Source of the DNA: Dehalococcoidia bacterium
Lineage (GTDB): Bacteria; Chloroflexota; Dehalococcoidia; Bin125
Length of the DNA: 64,000 nucleotides
Direction: 5' to 3'
Assembly (NCBI GenBank): GCA_965221705.1
Contig: OZ244908.1
Span: 30,154-94,153, forward strand
The notes beneath the pieces were generated by a model that saw only the letters and a program-made list of their open reading frames with translations, did no database searches and was not told the DNA's origin. The position numbers were made by a program, and so were the translations under genes. Below, in pieces: positions 1-10,630 of this stretch (position 1 is its first letter; each line of letters begins with the position of its first letter).

Positions 1-1503
1 GGCGGCGGACCGCGCAGCGTCGAGCGTCACCATGCGCGCGGCAAGCTGCTCGCCCGCGAACGGATCGAGCGATTGCTCGACTCCGACTCGCCGTTCCTCG
101 AGCTCTCACCGCTGGCCGCGCACGGCATGTACGACGACGAAGCGCCAGGCGCCGGGATCGTCACCGGCATCGGCCGTGTCGCCGGCCAGGAGACCATGAT
201 CGTCGCCAACGACGCCACCGTGAAAGGCGGCAGCTACTACCCAGTCACGGTCAAGAAACACCTCCGCGCTCAAGAGATCGCCGCGCAGAATCGTCTGCCC
301 TGCGTCTACCTCGTCGACTCCGGCGGCGCGTTCCTGCCGATGCAAGCCGACGTCTTCCCCGACCGCGATCACTTTGGCCGCATCTTCTACAACCAGGCGA
401 CGATGTCGGCCGACGGCATCCCGCAGATCGCCGCCGTGATGGGCTCGTGCACCGCCGGCGGCGCGTACGTGCCCGCCATGTCCGACGAGGCGATCATCGT
501 CGACGGCGTCGGCACCATCTTTCTCGGCGGACCGCCGCTCGTGCGAGCCGCGACGGGTGAGCAGATCTCCGCCGAGGAGCTCGGCGGCGGACTCGTGCAC
601 ACGCAGATCTCCGGCGTCGCCGACCACCTCGCCGAAGACGATGAGCATGCCCTCGAGCTCGTTCGCGCCGCCGTCGCCAATCTCGGCGGCGGCTCAGCCC
701 CCGCCTGGCCCGTCGCGCCGCCTGATCAGATCGAGCCGCCCCTCTACGACCCGCAAGAGATCTACGGCATCGTCCCGCAGTCGACGCGCAAGTCGTACGA
801 CGTGCGCGAGCTGATCGCGCGGATCGTCGATGGGTCGCGTATGCATGAGTTCAAGCCGTCGTTCGGCGCGACCCTCGTCTGCGGCTTCGCGCGCATCATG
901 GGACATCCCGTCGGCATCGTCGCCAACAACGGCATCCTCTTCTCCGAGTCCGCGCTCAAGGGCGCGCACTTCATTCAGCTCTGCGCCAAGCGCGGTACGC
1001 CCCTGCTCTTTCTGCAGAACATCACCGGCTTCATGGTCGGCCGACGCTACGAACACGAGGGCATCGCCAAGCACGGCGCCAAGATGGTCACGGCGGTCGC
1101 CTGTGCGGCCGTGCCCAAGTTCTCAATCGTGCTCGGCGGATCGTTCGGCGCCGGCAACTACGCCATGTGCGGGCGAGCCTACTCGCCGCGACTGCTCTGG
1201 AGTTGGCCCAACGCCCGCGTCTCGGTCATGGGAGGCGAACAGGCGGCCAACGTGCTGCTCACCATCCGCCAGGACGCCCTCGCCCGACAGGGCCAGGAGA
1301 TGTCCACGGATGAGCAGCGCGAATTCATGGCCCCCACGCTCGACAAGTACGAGCAAGAAGGCGCAGCCACCTACGGATCAGCCCGAATCTGGGACGACGG
1401 CATCCTCGATCCGCTCGACACGCGCCAGGCGCTCGGCGTTGGACTCGCCGCCGCCAGACACGCGCCAATCCCCGACTCGCAGTTCGGCGTGTTCAGGATG
1501 TAG
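1..1503 (+). CDS. Acyl-CoA carboxylase carboxyltransferase subunit (methylcrotonoyl-CoA carboxylase beta-like), 5' truncated by window edge
   Basis: Motifs [48 protein letters not shown] and the C-terminal FGVFRM; reading frame is open back to the window start. Confidence 0.93.
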   Translation, partial: GGGPRSVERHHARGKLLARERIERLLDSDSPFLELSPLAAHGMYDDEAPGAGIVTGIGRVAGQETMIVANDATVKGGSYYPVTVKKHLRAQEIAAQNRLPCVYLVDSGGAFLPMQADVFPDRDHFGRIFYNQATMSADGIPQIAAVMGSCTAGGAYVPAMSDEAIIVDGVGTIFLGGPPLVRAATGEQISAEELGGGLVHTQISGVADHLAEDDEHALELVRAAVANLGGGSAPAWPVAPPDQIEPPLYDPQEIYGIVPQSTRKSYDVRELIARIVDGSRMHEFKPSFGATLVCGFARIMGHPVGIVANNGILFSESALKGAHFIQLCAKRGTPLLFLQNITGFMVGRRYEHEGIAKHGAKMVTAVACAAVPKFSIVLGGSFGAGNYAMCGRAYSPRLLWSWPNARVSVMGGEQAANVLLTIRQDALARQGQEMSTDEQREFMAPTLDKYEQEGAATYGSARIWDDGILDPLDTRQALGVGLAAARHAPIPDSQFGVFRM

Positions 1504-1566
1504 CGATCGACCGTCAATCCGACGTCCGCCAAGCTCAGTCGGCATGAACGGCGATGCGAACTTCGT

Positions 1567-1983
1567 CTAGTCGGACAACGGTGGCTCGTAGCCCGTCACC
1601 GAAACCACGTCGCGTCGCTGGAACAGCCACTCGCCATCGACTTTGACTACGACGTCCTCATAGCCGAGCAAGATCGAAGCGACCGATCCATCCGCCGAGG
1701 GCACCTTGAAGTCGAGAAAGCACTTGTGCTGACATGTGTCGCCATCGATCTCGAACAGGTGATTGTCCGTGAAGTGCATCCCGCCCGGAAACGCCTCGGC
1801 CAACTGGCCGCAGAGCGCGACCAGCGCATCGCGACCCTGAGCTTGCCCAGCCGGCCCATGGAAAATGCCGTCCGACGTAAACGTAGCCGCCCAGCCTTCG
1901 CCGTCAGCCTGATCGACCGTGTAGTTGTAGACCGAACACAGGTCGATGATCGCAAACCGATCCTCAAGTGAAATCTTGCCCAT
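1567..1983 (-). CDS. NTF2/SnoaL-like family protein
   Basis: 138 aa with the SnoaL_4-type pattern LEDRFAIIDL...WAATFTSDG...YEDVVVKVDGEWLFQRR. Confidence 0.8.
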   Translation of the reverse strand: MGKISLEDRFAIIDLCSVYNYTVDQADGEGWAATFTSDGIFHGPAGQAQGRDALVALCGQLAEAFPGGMHFTDNHLFEIDGDTCQHKCFLDFKVPSADGSVASILLGYEDVVVKVDGEWLFQRRDVVSVTGYEPPLSD

Positions 1984-2003
1984 GTGATCCCTCGTTTCTG
2001 TCT

Positions 2004-2035
2004 GTCGTCATTCCCGCGAATGCGGGAATGACGAC
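2004..2035. repeat. Perfect 14-bp palindrome (GTCATTCCCGC-type REP/dRS3-like element)
   Basis: gtcgtcattcccgc-gaat-gcgggaatgacgac, intergenic. Confidence 0.7.
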
Positions 2036-2051
2036 GTGTTCGCCACTACGC

Positions 2052-2450
2052 TCAATCGAGCACCGCGATCGCCTCGACCTCGATCATCAGCTCCGGCGCG
2101 GCCAGCGCCTGCACGCCGATCAGCGTGCTCGCCGGCGCGGGCGACCCTGCAAAGACCGCCTTGCGAGCCTCATTCAAGTCGTGTCGCATCGACGGATCGT
2201 AGTTGACGATGTACACGTTCGTCTTGGCGACATCCGACGGCGTCGCGCCGGCCGCCGCGAGCGCCAACGCCAGATTCTCGTACGCCTTCTTCGCCTGAGC
2301 GCCAAAGTCGTCGATCCCCACGACGCCGCCCTCAACGTCCCAGGCCACCTGCCCAGAGATGTAGATCGTGCGCGCGCCCGTCGCCGACACGACCTGTGAG
2401 AATGAGCCCGCATTGACCAAGCCATCAACCTTCAGATGTTCGAGCGCCAT
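2052..2450 (-). CDS. RidA/YjgF/UK114 family protein
   Basis: Motifs IYISGQVA and PASTLIGVQALAAPELMIEVEAIA. Confidence 0.9.
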   Translation of the reverse strand: MALEHLKVDGLVNAGSFSQVVSATGARTIYISGQVAWDVEGGVVGIDDFGAQAKKAYENLALALAAAGATPSDVAKTNVYIVNYDPSMRHDLNEARKAVFAGSPAPASTLIGVQALAAPELMIEVEAIAVLD

Positions 2451-2572
2451 GGTTCACTCCTCTGTGGTCTTGAGGTCGCTCAGCGTCAGCGACCCATCGG
2501 AGCCTTACGATAGCGTCGGATACGACCACGTGCTCCCGCACACCGAGAGCATGTTGAGAGGGGTGACGCCTC

Positions 2573-3205
2573 ATGCCACGCTACGGACGACTCGGACTGC
2601 CGCTCTACGAAGCGCTCTACTCGATGCGCGCGATCCGCCGCATGCGCCCCGATCCGATTGCCGACGAGGACTTAGAGATCATCCTCGACGCCGCGCGTCA
2701 GGCGCCCAACGGCGGCAACATGCAGCCTTGGCATTTCATCGTCGTCCGCGGCGCTGAACAGAAAGCCGAACTAGCCAAGCTCTACCACGAGGCCTGGTGG
2801 GCCAAACGCGCCGACCAGGGCATCGAAGGACGCGACCACCCCGGCCTGCAGAATCCCGTCAGCCAGTCTGCCATGCGACTGGCTGACGAAATCGGCGACG
2901 CGCCCGTGATGATCCTGCTCTGCGCCACCGGTCCCGGCGCGGGCAACGCGCAGTCCGTGATTCCATCAGTGCAGAACATGCTGCTCGCCGCGCGTGGACT
3001 TGGCATCGGCGGAACGATCACTACGCTGCATCCCGTCGTCGACGATCGCGTCAAGACGCTCTTCAGCATCCCCGACGAGGCGCAGGTCGTCTACTGCGTG
3101 CCGCTGGGCTATCCGCGCGGACGCTTCGGACCGCTCAATCGCAAGCCCTTGCGCGACATTGTCTCCGAGGATCGCTGGGGCGCCGCGCCCGATTGGATTG
3201 ACTGA
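2573..3205 (+). CDS. Nitroreductase family protein
   Basis: RAIRR...AARQAPNGGNMQPWHFIVV...QNMLLAARGLGIG...PLGYP. Confidence 0.9.
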   Translation: MPRYGRLGLPLYEALYSMRAIRRMRPDPIADEDLEIILDAARQAPNGGNMQPWHFIVVRGAEQKAELAKLYHEAWWAKRADQGIEGRDHPGLQNPVSQSAMRLADEIGDAPVMILLCATGPGAGNAQSVIPSVQNMLLAARGLGIGGTITTLHPVVDDRVKTLFSIPDEAQVVYCVPLGYPRGRFGPLNRKPLRDIVSEDRWGAAPDWID

Positions 3206-3214
3206 GCGCCCAGC

Positions 3215-4120
3215 TCAACCGGCGCCGCGCAAGCGCGGATCGAAGGCGTCGCGCAATGCGTCGCCGATGATGTTGAACGAAAACACCGTCAAGAAGATCG
3301 CCAAACCCGGCCAAACCGAGAGCCACGGTTGTTCGATCATGTGAATCCGCGCCTCAGCTCCGAGCATGAACCCCCAAGACGCCGCCGGCGGCTGAATCCC
3401 GTAGCCGAGGAACGAGACCGACGCCTCAATCAGGATCGCGATGCCCAGATACGCGGTCGCAATCACCATGATCGGCGGCAGCGCGTTGGGCAAGATGTGC
3501 CGCACGATGATCCGCGGCGTCGACGCGCCCAGCGTCCGCGCGGCCTCGATGTATGGCTGCGACCCAACCTGGATCGCGGCCGCCCGAGCCACGCGAATTC
3601 CTCCGCCCAACAGCGCAATGGCGATCACCACAATCAGTAACGACACGCTCGTCCCGAAGAACGCCGTCAGTGAAATCACGATGATCAACCCAGGGAACGC
3701 CATCAACATGTCGACCACGCGCTGCACCAACGCATCCAACCAACCGCCCAACGCGCCGCTGACGAGGCCAACCGAGGTTGCAGTCAGCACCCCCAACGCG
3801 ACTGAGGCGACGCTTACGCCCAATGACGCCCGACCTCCGTACAACACGCGCGTAAACACATCTCGCCCCAATGCATCAGTACCCATCCAATAGGTCGAGC
3901 TCGGACCTTGCAAGCGGTCGAGCGCATTGATCGCGTTCGGCTCATACGGGGCGACGACATCGGCGAGGCCCGATCCGGCGCCGATCGCGATCAGGACCAG
4001 CGCAATCAAGCAAGGAAACGGATAACGGCGCACGGTCCGTATCAACGCGCCCAACACGCGCGACGGAGTGAACAGCACCGGTTCAGCTGGCGACGCGGAT
4101 GCGTGGGTCGAGGAAGCCAT
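3215..4120 (-). CDS. Peptide/nickel ABC transporter permease (DppC-like)
   Basis: GTDALGRDVFTR, EAA loop YIEAARTLGAS..RIIVRHILPN, GDALRDAFDPR; start approximate. Confidence 0.9.
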   Translation of the reverse strand: MASSTHASASPAEPVLFTPSRVLGALIRTVRRYPFPCLIALVLIAIGAGSGLADVVAPYEPNAINALDRLQGPSSTYWMGTDALGRDVFTRVLYGGRASLGVSVASVALGVLTATSVGLVSGALGGWLDALVQRVVDMLMAFPGLIIVISLTAFFGTSVSLLIVVIAIALLGGGIRVARAAAIQVGSQPYIEAARTLGASTPRIIVRHILPNALPPIMVIATAYLGIAILIEASVSFLGYGIQPPAASWGFMLGAEARIHMIEQPWLSVWPGLAIFLTVFSFNIIGDALRDAFDPRLRGAG

Positions 4121-5033
4121 ACGACACGTCCACAATCAGGTTGGTTGCAATCACTGCGCCGGCGATCCAGACGTTCACCGCCTGCACCACGACGTAATCG
4201 CGATTCGCGATCCCGTCGAGCAGATACGTCCCAATCCCCGGCAGGCTGAAGATCAGCTCAAACACGACCGATCCGCCAAGCACCACGGGAAACTGCACAC
4301 CGATCACCGTGACGAACGGAATCAACGAGTTGCGCAGCGCATGTCGACGCAACAGCAACGACCCCGACAGTCCTTTCGCCCGCGCCGTGAGCATGTAGTC
4401 CTGGCGCAGTACATCGAGCAGGGCCGTGCGCAGAATGCGCGTCTGGACGCCAGCCAGAATCAGTCCAAACAACAAGGCCGGCAGCCACATCTGCTGCAGG
4501 TTGGTCAGCGGCGCTTCCCAGATTGACTGGTAACCCAGCGGCGGCGACCAACTAAACAGCTTGGCGCCGAAGACGATCGCCAGAGTGGCGAGCCAAAAGC
4601 CGGGAATCGCCAGTGCAAACACCGCGATGCTGCGAGCGGCGTAGTCGGGCCAGCGACTGCGCTGCAGCGCGGCGATGACGCCCAGCGGCACCGAAATCAA
4701 CGTTGCGATGATCAGTCCCAGAATCGCCAGCTCGAGCGTCACGTCGAGCCGATTGACCAGGTCGTCTCGCACATTGCGCTGCGTGCGCAGCGCCTGCCCA
4801 AAGTCGCCCTGCGCAGCCCGCAGGATCCACTCGCCGACATACTCGAGGAACGGCGCCTCGAGCCCCAACTCTTCGCGCAAGCGCTCCTTCTCCGAGTCGT
4901 CGAAGAACGCCTCCGCCGCCAGCACGTCGACAACGTCGCCGGGCAGCGTCCGCATCACGCCCGCGACGATCACCGTGATCCCCAGCAGCGTCAGAATCGC
5001 GAGCAGCACACGCTGAAGCAGATAACCGCGCAT
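4083..5033 (-). CDS. Peptide/nickel ABC transporter permease (DppB-like)
   Basis: QDYMLTARAKGL...RHALRNSLIP, LPGIG, LDPRIR. Confidence 0.92.
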   Translation of the reverse strand: MRGYLLQRVLLAILTLLGITVIVAGVMRTLPGDVVDVLAAEAFFDDSEKERLREELGLEAPFLEYVGEWILRAAQGDFGQALRTQRNVRDDLVNRLDVTLELAILGLIIATLISVPLGVIAALQRSRWPDYAARSIAVFALAIPGFWLATLAIVFGAKLFSWSPPLGYQSIWEAPLTNLQQMWLPALLFGLILAGVQTRILRTALLDVLRQDYMLTARAKGLSGSLLLRRHALRNSLIPFVTVIGVQFPVVLGGSVVFELIFSLPGIGTYLLDGIANRDYVVVQAVNVWIAGAVIATNLIVDVSYGFLDPRIRVAS

Positions 5034-5083
5034 TCGCTGCAGCTCCTCAGCGACCGCTCACGTGCTGCCGAGTTGCCGATCTA

Positions 5084-6883
5084 CTACGAGACGAAGTACA
5101 TGTCCTCCATCGCCGGCGCCATCGCAAACGTCTGGATGAATCGGGCGTTCGCCACCTCGGGTCGCGCGATGTTGGTTACCGGGCCATTGACCCAAGGCAC
5201 CGAGTACATCTGCTCGGCGATGTGCAGCTGCAGGTCGTAGAGCAACTGCCGACGCGTCTCTACATCGCCCTCGGTGCGCTGTCGATCCAGCAGGTCGAGC
5301 ATCGCCGAGTCGTCACCCATCAGCTCGCCGTTCGGAATCGGACTACGCGGGCTGTCGGGGATGAACACGTTGCGCAACGCTTCGTCCGGCTCAATCGAAG
5401 CCACGGACAGCGTGTGCCCAATCACGCCCGTCGTGCTGCCATTGAAAATCGTCGAGTAGTGCACCGTCGGCTCGTTCACGACCAGGTCGACCCCGATCCC
5501 GACGGCGAGCAGATTCGCCTGCACGACCTGCGCCTGTTCAGCGAAGATCGGTCCGTACGCCGTCGTCGTGTGGAACGGAATGCCGTCAATCGCGTCCACG
5601 CCGGCAGCGTCCAGGAGTTGGCGCGCTTTGTCGGGGTCGTAGCGATAGAACTCGCCCAGCGCATCATCCTGCTTCGGATCGGTCCACCAGCCGGGCAGCG
5701 GCGGCAGCGCCGTCGACCAGCCGCCGGCCTCAAGCGCACCGCCGACGGCCAGGATCGAGTCACGGTCAACCGCGACCGACACCGCCTGTCGCACCCGCGG
5801 GTCGGTGAACGGTTCCATGCCAAGATCAGGGAAAATCCCGCCGATCACGAGACTCGGCTGCGCGTCGAACGTCGCCTCGGGAATCTGCTCCATCAGCTCG
5901 TCGACAATCGTCGCCGCGACGCCGATGCCGCTCACGTTGAGCTCGCCGCTGATGTAGGCCGATGCAATCGCCGAGTTGTCGCTCAGGAAGTTGACGACCA
6001 GCGTCTCGCTGTATGGCTTGGGCGCGTCGAAGTACTCGGGATTGCGCCGATACACAACGCGCGAGCCGGGCTCATAATCCTCAAGCACATAGGGACCCGC
6101 GCTGATCATCGTCTGCCTCGACATCTCGTCGATCAGCAACTCGGGCGGCATCACGTACGGTCCCGCGTGATGCCCGAGGTAGAGCATGAACGGCGCCAAT
6201 GGACCGTTCAGGTCGAAGCGGACGGTTCGATCGTCCGTCGCCTCGACGCCGACCAGACTGGGCAGCACCGCGCCGCGGTTGGGATAGTTCCCGTAACGAT
6301 CGCCGCTGTACGAGAACGCGACGTCCTCAGCCGTCACCGCGCGGCCATTGACGGGATCCTTGTCCTCCCAAACCGCGTTCTCCTTGATCTCGAAGATGTA
6401 CGTGGCGTCATCGGGCTGCTCAACCGAGTCCGCCAACCAGAGCTCGGGCTGAAAGTCGATCGACGACTGCCCAGGCTCGTTGGCGAACTGCGTCAGCATC
6501 GGATAGCAGTAGTGACCGTGCAGCGCCGCCTTGTAGCCGAACGTCAGGAACAGGTCGAACGAGGCCAGGTCCGACGTATCAGACGTGCGAATCTCTCCGC
6601 CAATCGTCGGCGCGGCATCCTGCTGCTGCGCCTGCGCCATCGCGGCCTGCTGTTGCGTGTCCTGCTCCTGCTGATCAGCCTGTTCAGCGGTCTGGCCCGC
6701 GTCGTCCTGTTGTTGATCTGGCTGCGTCTGTTGGGCCGCCGTCTGCTGGTCATCGTCGTCATCGCCGCAGCCGACCAGCGCCAGACCGGCCGCGCCGACC
6801 CCAGCCGTCGCCGCCGAGCGCAGCACCGCCCGTCGAGACAGTCGCCGCCGTCGCATCCGAGTCCAGTAATCCCTGTGCGTCAT
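5084..6883 (-). CDS. ABC substrate-binding protein family 5, Tat-exported lipoprotein
   Basis: N-terminal YW..RRRRLSRRAVL twin-arginine leader with lipobox LVGC, a Q/D-rich linker, then an SBP_bac_5 core (VTAEDVAFS, PFTDPRVRQA). Confidence 0.9.
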   Translation of the reverse strand: MTHRDYWTRMRRRRLSRRAVLRSAATAGVGAAGLALVGCGDDDDDQQTAAQQTQPDQQQDDAGQTAEQADQQEQDTQQQAAMAQAQQQDAAPTIGGEIRTSDTSDLASFDLFLTFGYKAALHGHYCYPMLTQFANEPGQSSIDFQPELWLADSVEQPDDATYIFEIKENAVWEDKDPVNGRAVTAEDVAFSYSGDRYGNYPNRGAVLPSLVGVEATDDRTVRFDLNGPLAPFMLYLGHHAGPYVMPPELLIDEMSRQTMISAGPYVLEDYEPGSRVVYRRNPEYFDAPKPYSETLVVNFLSDNSAIASAYISGELNVSGIGVAATIVDELMEQIPEATFDAQPSLVIGGIFPDLGMEPFTDPRVRQAVSVAVDRDSILAVGGALEAGGWSTALPPLPGWWTDPKQDDALGEFYRYDPDKARQLLDAAGVDAIDGIPFHTTTAYGPIFAEQAQVVQANLLAVGIGVDLVVNEPTVHYSTIFNGSTTGVIGHTLSVASIEPDEALRNVFIPDSPRSPIPNGELMGDDSAMLDLLDRQRTEGDVETRRQLLYDLQLHIAEQMYSVPWVNGPVTNIARPEVANARFIQTFAMAPAMEDMYFVS

Positions 6884-7036
6884 CAGTGCCTCCCTCTGTG
6901 GGTGCACAGAGGCTAGTGATCTCTGAGCGCGCGTGTCGGCCGAGACAGCGCTGACGCCATCGCCGCCGCCATCGCCTCCGCATTGCGATATCGTGAAGCC
7001 TCACCGAATCTGAGTGAGAAGAGCAGGACAGATCGG

Positions 7037-7693
7037 ATGTCCGAGGCCGACCAACTGGAAGATGCGCGCGATCAGCGCCTCATCAACGCTGTGATGTTGC
7101 TCGTTGTATGGCATCGCGCGTCGACGCCCCAAGGCGATGCCGGCGGACGGCTTCGCTTGATGAAGTTGGCTTTCCTCGCTGCCCGACGAATGGCGGAGGA
7201 GTCGATCTCCCCTCTCAGCCTCAGCTTCTATCGCTGGAAGTTCGGGCCGATGTCCAACGAAGTCTACGAGACCTGGGAGCAGCTCCGAGCGGCAGGCTTG
7301 CTAGAGGAAGAAGAGGTCTGGAGCGTCACAGACTCTGGAGCTCAACTCGCTGAGGAGTTCTATCGAGATGTCCTCTGTGACGAGCGGCATGCGGTGGTCC
7401 GAGAGGTGATTGACAAAGTCGCCGATCAGTGGCGAACGGCCTGGTCTGCGCAACCTCTCATGGATCACATCTACAAACTCTCCTCCAATGTGGATGGCAC
7501 AGGACCATGTATCGCCGACATGCCGATCGGTACTGAGTTCGAGCCTCCAGCTACTCAGCCCGATGCAACGGCAGTCCTGACTGTAGAGAACGACTGGCTG
7601 GAGACGATTGCGCTGAAACTGAATCCCAGCACCTTGCCATTACTGCGGGTGGCGGTAGAAGAATTCCGTGGCGGACATGTCCAAGTTGCTTGA
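7037..7693 (+). CDS. Panacea/SocA-like (DUF4065) antitoxin-domain protein
   Basis: RLRLMKLAFLA...FYRWKFGPMSNEVYE resembles the Panacea signature L.KL.Y/F...F..W..GP....VY; lower GC than its neighbours. Confidence 0.65.
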   Translation: MSEADQLEDARDQRLINAVMLLVVWHRASTPQGDAGGRLRLMKLAFLAARRMAEESISPLSLSFYRWKFGPMSNEVYETWEQLRAAGLLEEEEVWSVTDSGAQLAEEFYRDVLCDERHAVVREVIDKVADQWRTAWSAQPLMDHIYKLSSNVDGTGPCIADMPIGTEFEPPATQPDATAVLTVENDWLETIALKLNPSTLPLLRVAVEEFRGGHVQVA

Positions 7694-7810
7694 TGGGTCG
7701 GGTACTTACATGGCTCACAAACCATCAACTACTGGTACATCCACAACTTTGAAGTAGAAGATCGCGAGCCTGCTCAAAGTACGATTCATATTCATAATCA
7801 AACTGTCTGC

Positions 7811-7837
7811 AAACGAAAGCGCCGCCCATAGGGCGGC
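7811..7837 (-). terminator. Rho-independent terminator downstream of the PhyH-family gene
   Basis: Hairpin gccgccc-ata-gggcggc; on the minus strand it is followed by gc and then tttcgttt. Confidence 0.6.
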
Positions 7838-7901
7838 ACCTTCGCGATAGCGGCAAGCCGCTATCCACCGAGCTCACAATAGCACATCAGACAATGGCGT
7901 A

Positions 7902-8819
7902 CTACCCCTTCTGACGATCCTCGTACGTCTCGAAGAAGCGATTCTTGACCGCCTTCTGATTCTCGTAGATCGAACCCTGCTTCGGCGCCGGAGGCAACGG
8001 CAGATAGGCGGGCACGTTGGTCTGGCGCGGCTGCTCGACGTGCTCTCCCGCGCACATCAAGCCCCGGTACTGATCCAGACTCAGGGGCCCCAAACCCATG
8101 ATCGGCCAGGCGTCCGCCGCCGCGTACCCGTAGAGCAGCAATCGGCGCGGATTCTCCGACCGATTCAACGCCGAGCCATGCATGATCCGCACGTGATGGA
8201 ACGAGACCGAACCCGCCGGTCCTTCCAGCGCGACCAGGTCCTTCTCCATGTCCCAGTCAAACTCGGTCGGCTCGACTGCGCCGGTGAAGTAGCGCTCCTC
8301 GGGATGATGATGGTCGTAGATCGGCCGCTTGTGCGATCCCGGTACGACCAGCAGCGGACCGTTGATCGCGTAGCAGTCATCGAGCAAGATGCCCGCCGCG
8401 AGCAGGTCGTCGTTGGTGTGCGGATAAAACGGCCAGTCCTGATGCCACTCGACCGGTGCGCCGTACTCCGCCGCCTTCATGTTCAGCTTGTCGTTCTGCA
8501 GCCGCACATTCGGACCGATCAACGCCGTTACCACTTCCATCAACACCGGATGCTGCGCCAGCTCGCGGAAGAACGGCCAGTGGAACGACGGCGACTTGAG
8601 CCGCCGCACGCGCGGCTCCTCTGCCGTGTGCGAATCCTCAAGGTCGTACTGCGCGTTGTGTTCGGTCAAGCCCGCAGCCTCGGAAACGATCCGATCGGTC
8701 TCGTCGCGCAACGCCTGCAACACGTCGTCGGGCAGCAGTTTCGGCATCAGCAGGTAGCCGTTCTCGTGGTAGAAGTCGACCTGTTCCTGCGTGATCGTCG
8801 ATGCGGCGGTCGTAGTCAT
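7902..8819 (-). CDS. Phytanoyl-CoA dioxygenase (PhyH) family Fe/2OG dioxygenase
   Basis: WHQD, NGPLLVVPGSHK, FHH..MHGSALNRS..PRR. Confidence 0.9.
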   Translation of the reverse strand: MTTTAASTITQEQVDFYHENGYLLMPKLLPDDVLQALRDETDRIVSEAAGLTEHNAQYDLEDSHTAEEPRVRRLKSPSFHWPFFRELAQHPVLMEVVTALIGPNVRLQNDKLNMKAAEYGAPVEWHQDWPFYPHTNDDLLAAGILLDDCYAINGPLLVVPGSHKRPIYDHHHPEERYFTGAVEPTEFDWDMEKDLVALEGPAGSVSFHHVRIMHGSALNRSENPRRLLLYGYAAADAWPIMGLGPLSLDQYRGLMCAGEHVEQPRQTNVPAYLPLPPAPKQGSIYENQKAVKNRFFETYEDRQKG

Positions 8820-8905
8820 GGCAGATCCCTGAGTCCTTGAGCAAACCAATCAGCGTCGGAAACCAGTCTAGGCGATGCGATAGGGCAGGAGCCTGAGCCT
8901 AGACT

Positions 8906-10540
8906 GTGCGCATGCCTGATTTCGCCGAGCATCCAATCCGATTCGAGTCGCGCCGATCGCCCGTGCTCTCACGCCGGGGCATCGTCGCGACGAGTCAACC
9001 CCTGGCGTCGCTTGCGGGCCTGCGCATGCTCCAGGAGGGCGGCAACGCCGCCGACGCAGCAGTCGCCGCCGCGGCGACGCTGGCCGTCACCGAACCCACC
9101 TCGACCGGCATCGGCGGCGACTGCTTCTGTCTTTTCTACGGCGCATCCGACCAATCGGTGTCGGCGCTGAACGGCAGCGGCCGAGCGCCGGCCGCGCTCA
9201 GCCTAGCTCTCGTGCGCGACGCGTGGGACCGACAGGGGCCGCACGCAGTGACCGTTCCCGGCTCAGTCATGGGTTGGCACGACACAGTCACGCGCTTCGG
9301 ACGGATGCCGCTCGCCGAGGTGCTCGCGCCGGCGATTGATATCGCTGAGCAAGGCTTCGTCATGACGCCCGTCATCGCGCGCGGCTGGGCCGGACAGGCT
9401 GAGCTGCTCGCCTCGAAGGGCCCTGCTGGCCAGGACATGTTGCTCAACGGCGCCGCCCCGCGCGCTGGCGAGGTCTGGACCAACCCGCGTATCGCTCGCG
9501 TCATGCGCGAAGTCGCGGACGGCGGCCCCGACGCCTTCTATCGCGGAACTCCCGCCGCCCGCATCGTTGAGGCGCTCGAGTCGCACGGCGGCGTGATGAC
9601 GCTCGACGACCTCGCCGAGCATCGCTCCACCTTCGACGATCCAATCTCGACTACTTACCGCCGACACCGAGTATGGGAGTGTCCGCCCAACGGACAGGGC
9701 GTTACGACGTTGATGGCGCTCAACATCCTTGAGGGATTCGAGCTCGGCGAGCTCGACTCGCGCTCGCCCGACGCGCTGCATCTGATCATCGAGTCCCTGC
9801 GGCTCGCCTTCGCCGATGCGCGAGTGCTCGTCGCCGACCCCGCCCAGGTCGACGTCCCCGTCGACGACATGCTGAGCAAGTCCTACGCCGCCAAGCGCCG
9901 AGCGTTGATCTGCGCCGACGAGGCAATCGAGCTCGCCGCAAGCGGTTTCCTTCCCGGTCAGTCCGACACGGTGTATCTCTCAGCCGTGGATGGCGACGGC
10001 AACGCCTGCTCGTTCATCAACTCCAACTACGAAGGATTCGGCAGCTGCATCGTGCCGCGCGACTCTGGATTCAGCCTGCAAAACCGCGGCGCCGGATTCG
10101 TCGTTGACGATCATGATCATCCCAATGCGCTCGCCGGCGGCAAGCGGCCCTATCACACGATCATGCCCTCAATGATCACCCGACCAGACGGCGAACTGTT
10201 CGCCAGCTACGGCGTCATGGGCGGCTGGAACCAACCGCAAGGGCAGACGCAGGTGGTGATCAACCTGATCGATCGCGGCATGGACGCGCAATCGGCGATC
10301 GATGCGCCGCGCGTCTCGATGTACGAAGATCCGCCCAACGGCCGCATCTACGTCGAGGACACCTTCGGTATCGAGACGCTCGCCGCCCTGGCCGAGCTCG
10401 GCCACCCGGTCCTGCCCGCCTCAGGCGCGATCCGAACGGGCGTCGTTGGCAAAGGACAGGTCATCGTCCGCGACGCCGAAACCGGCGTCCTTTGGGGCGG
10501 CTCTGATCCCCGCAGCGATGGCTGCGCGATACCGTTGTAG
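8906..10540 (+). CDS. ggt: Gamma-glutamyltransferase
   Basis: GGNAADAAVA, catalytic Thr in SDTVYLS, KRPYHTI, GVMGG..QPQG, GSDPRSDG. Confidence 0.92.
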   Translation: MRMPDFAEHPIRFESRRSPVLSRRGIVATSQPLASLAGLRMLQEGGNAADAAVAAAATLAVTEPTSTGIGGDCFCLFYGASDQSVSALNGSGRAPAALSLALVRDAWDRQGPHAVTVPGSVMGWHDTVTRFGRMPLAEVLAPAIDIAEQGFVMTPVIARGWAGQAELLASKGPAGQDMLLNGAAPRAGEVWTNPRIARVMREVADGGPDAFYRGTPAARIVEALESHGGVMTLDDLAEHRSTFDDPISTTYRRHRVWECPPNGQGVTTLMALNILEGFELGELDSRSPDALHLIIESLRLAFADARVLVADPAQVDVPVDDMLSKSYAAKRRALICADEAIELAASGFLPGQSDTVYLSAVDGDGNACSFINSNYEGFGSCIVPRDSGFSLQNRGAGFVVDDHDHPNALAGGKRPYHTIMPSMITRPDGELFASYGVMGGWNQPQGQTQVVINLIDRGMDAQSAIDAPRVSMYEDPPNGRIYVEDTFGIETLAALAELGHPVLPASGAIRTGVVGKGQVIVRDAETGVLWGGSDPRSDGCAIPL

Positions 10541-10597
10541 CGACGGCCGCGCAGTACCGTTGTAGCGATGGCTGCGCAAAACCGTTGTAGCCATGGC
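10514..10597 (+). repeat. 25-bp tandem repeat (about 3.4 copies) overlapping the ggt stop codon
   Basis: agcgatggctgcgcgataccgttgt / agcgacggccgcgcagtaccgttgt / agcgatggctgcgcaaaaccgttgt / agccatggc. Confidence 0.85.
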
Positions 10598-10630
10598 GCC
10601 GAAGTGCCGCCCTCATGCTTACTATCAAAC

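Noticed and set aside
5222-6916. Long antisense ORFs (also 40516-41466, 53685-54920, 61582-62658 and others)
   Set aside because: Shadow ORFs typical of high-GC coding DNA; no recognisable motifs
10514-10597. Possible mini-CRISPR
   Set aside because: Repeats are directly adjacent with no unique spacers and there are no cas genes
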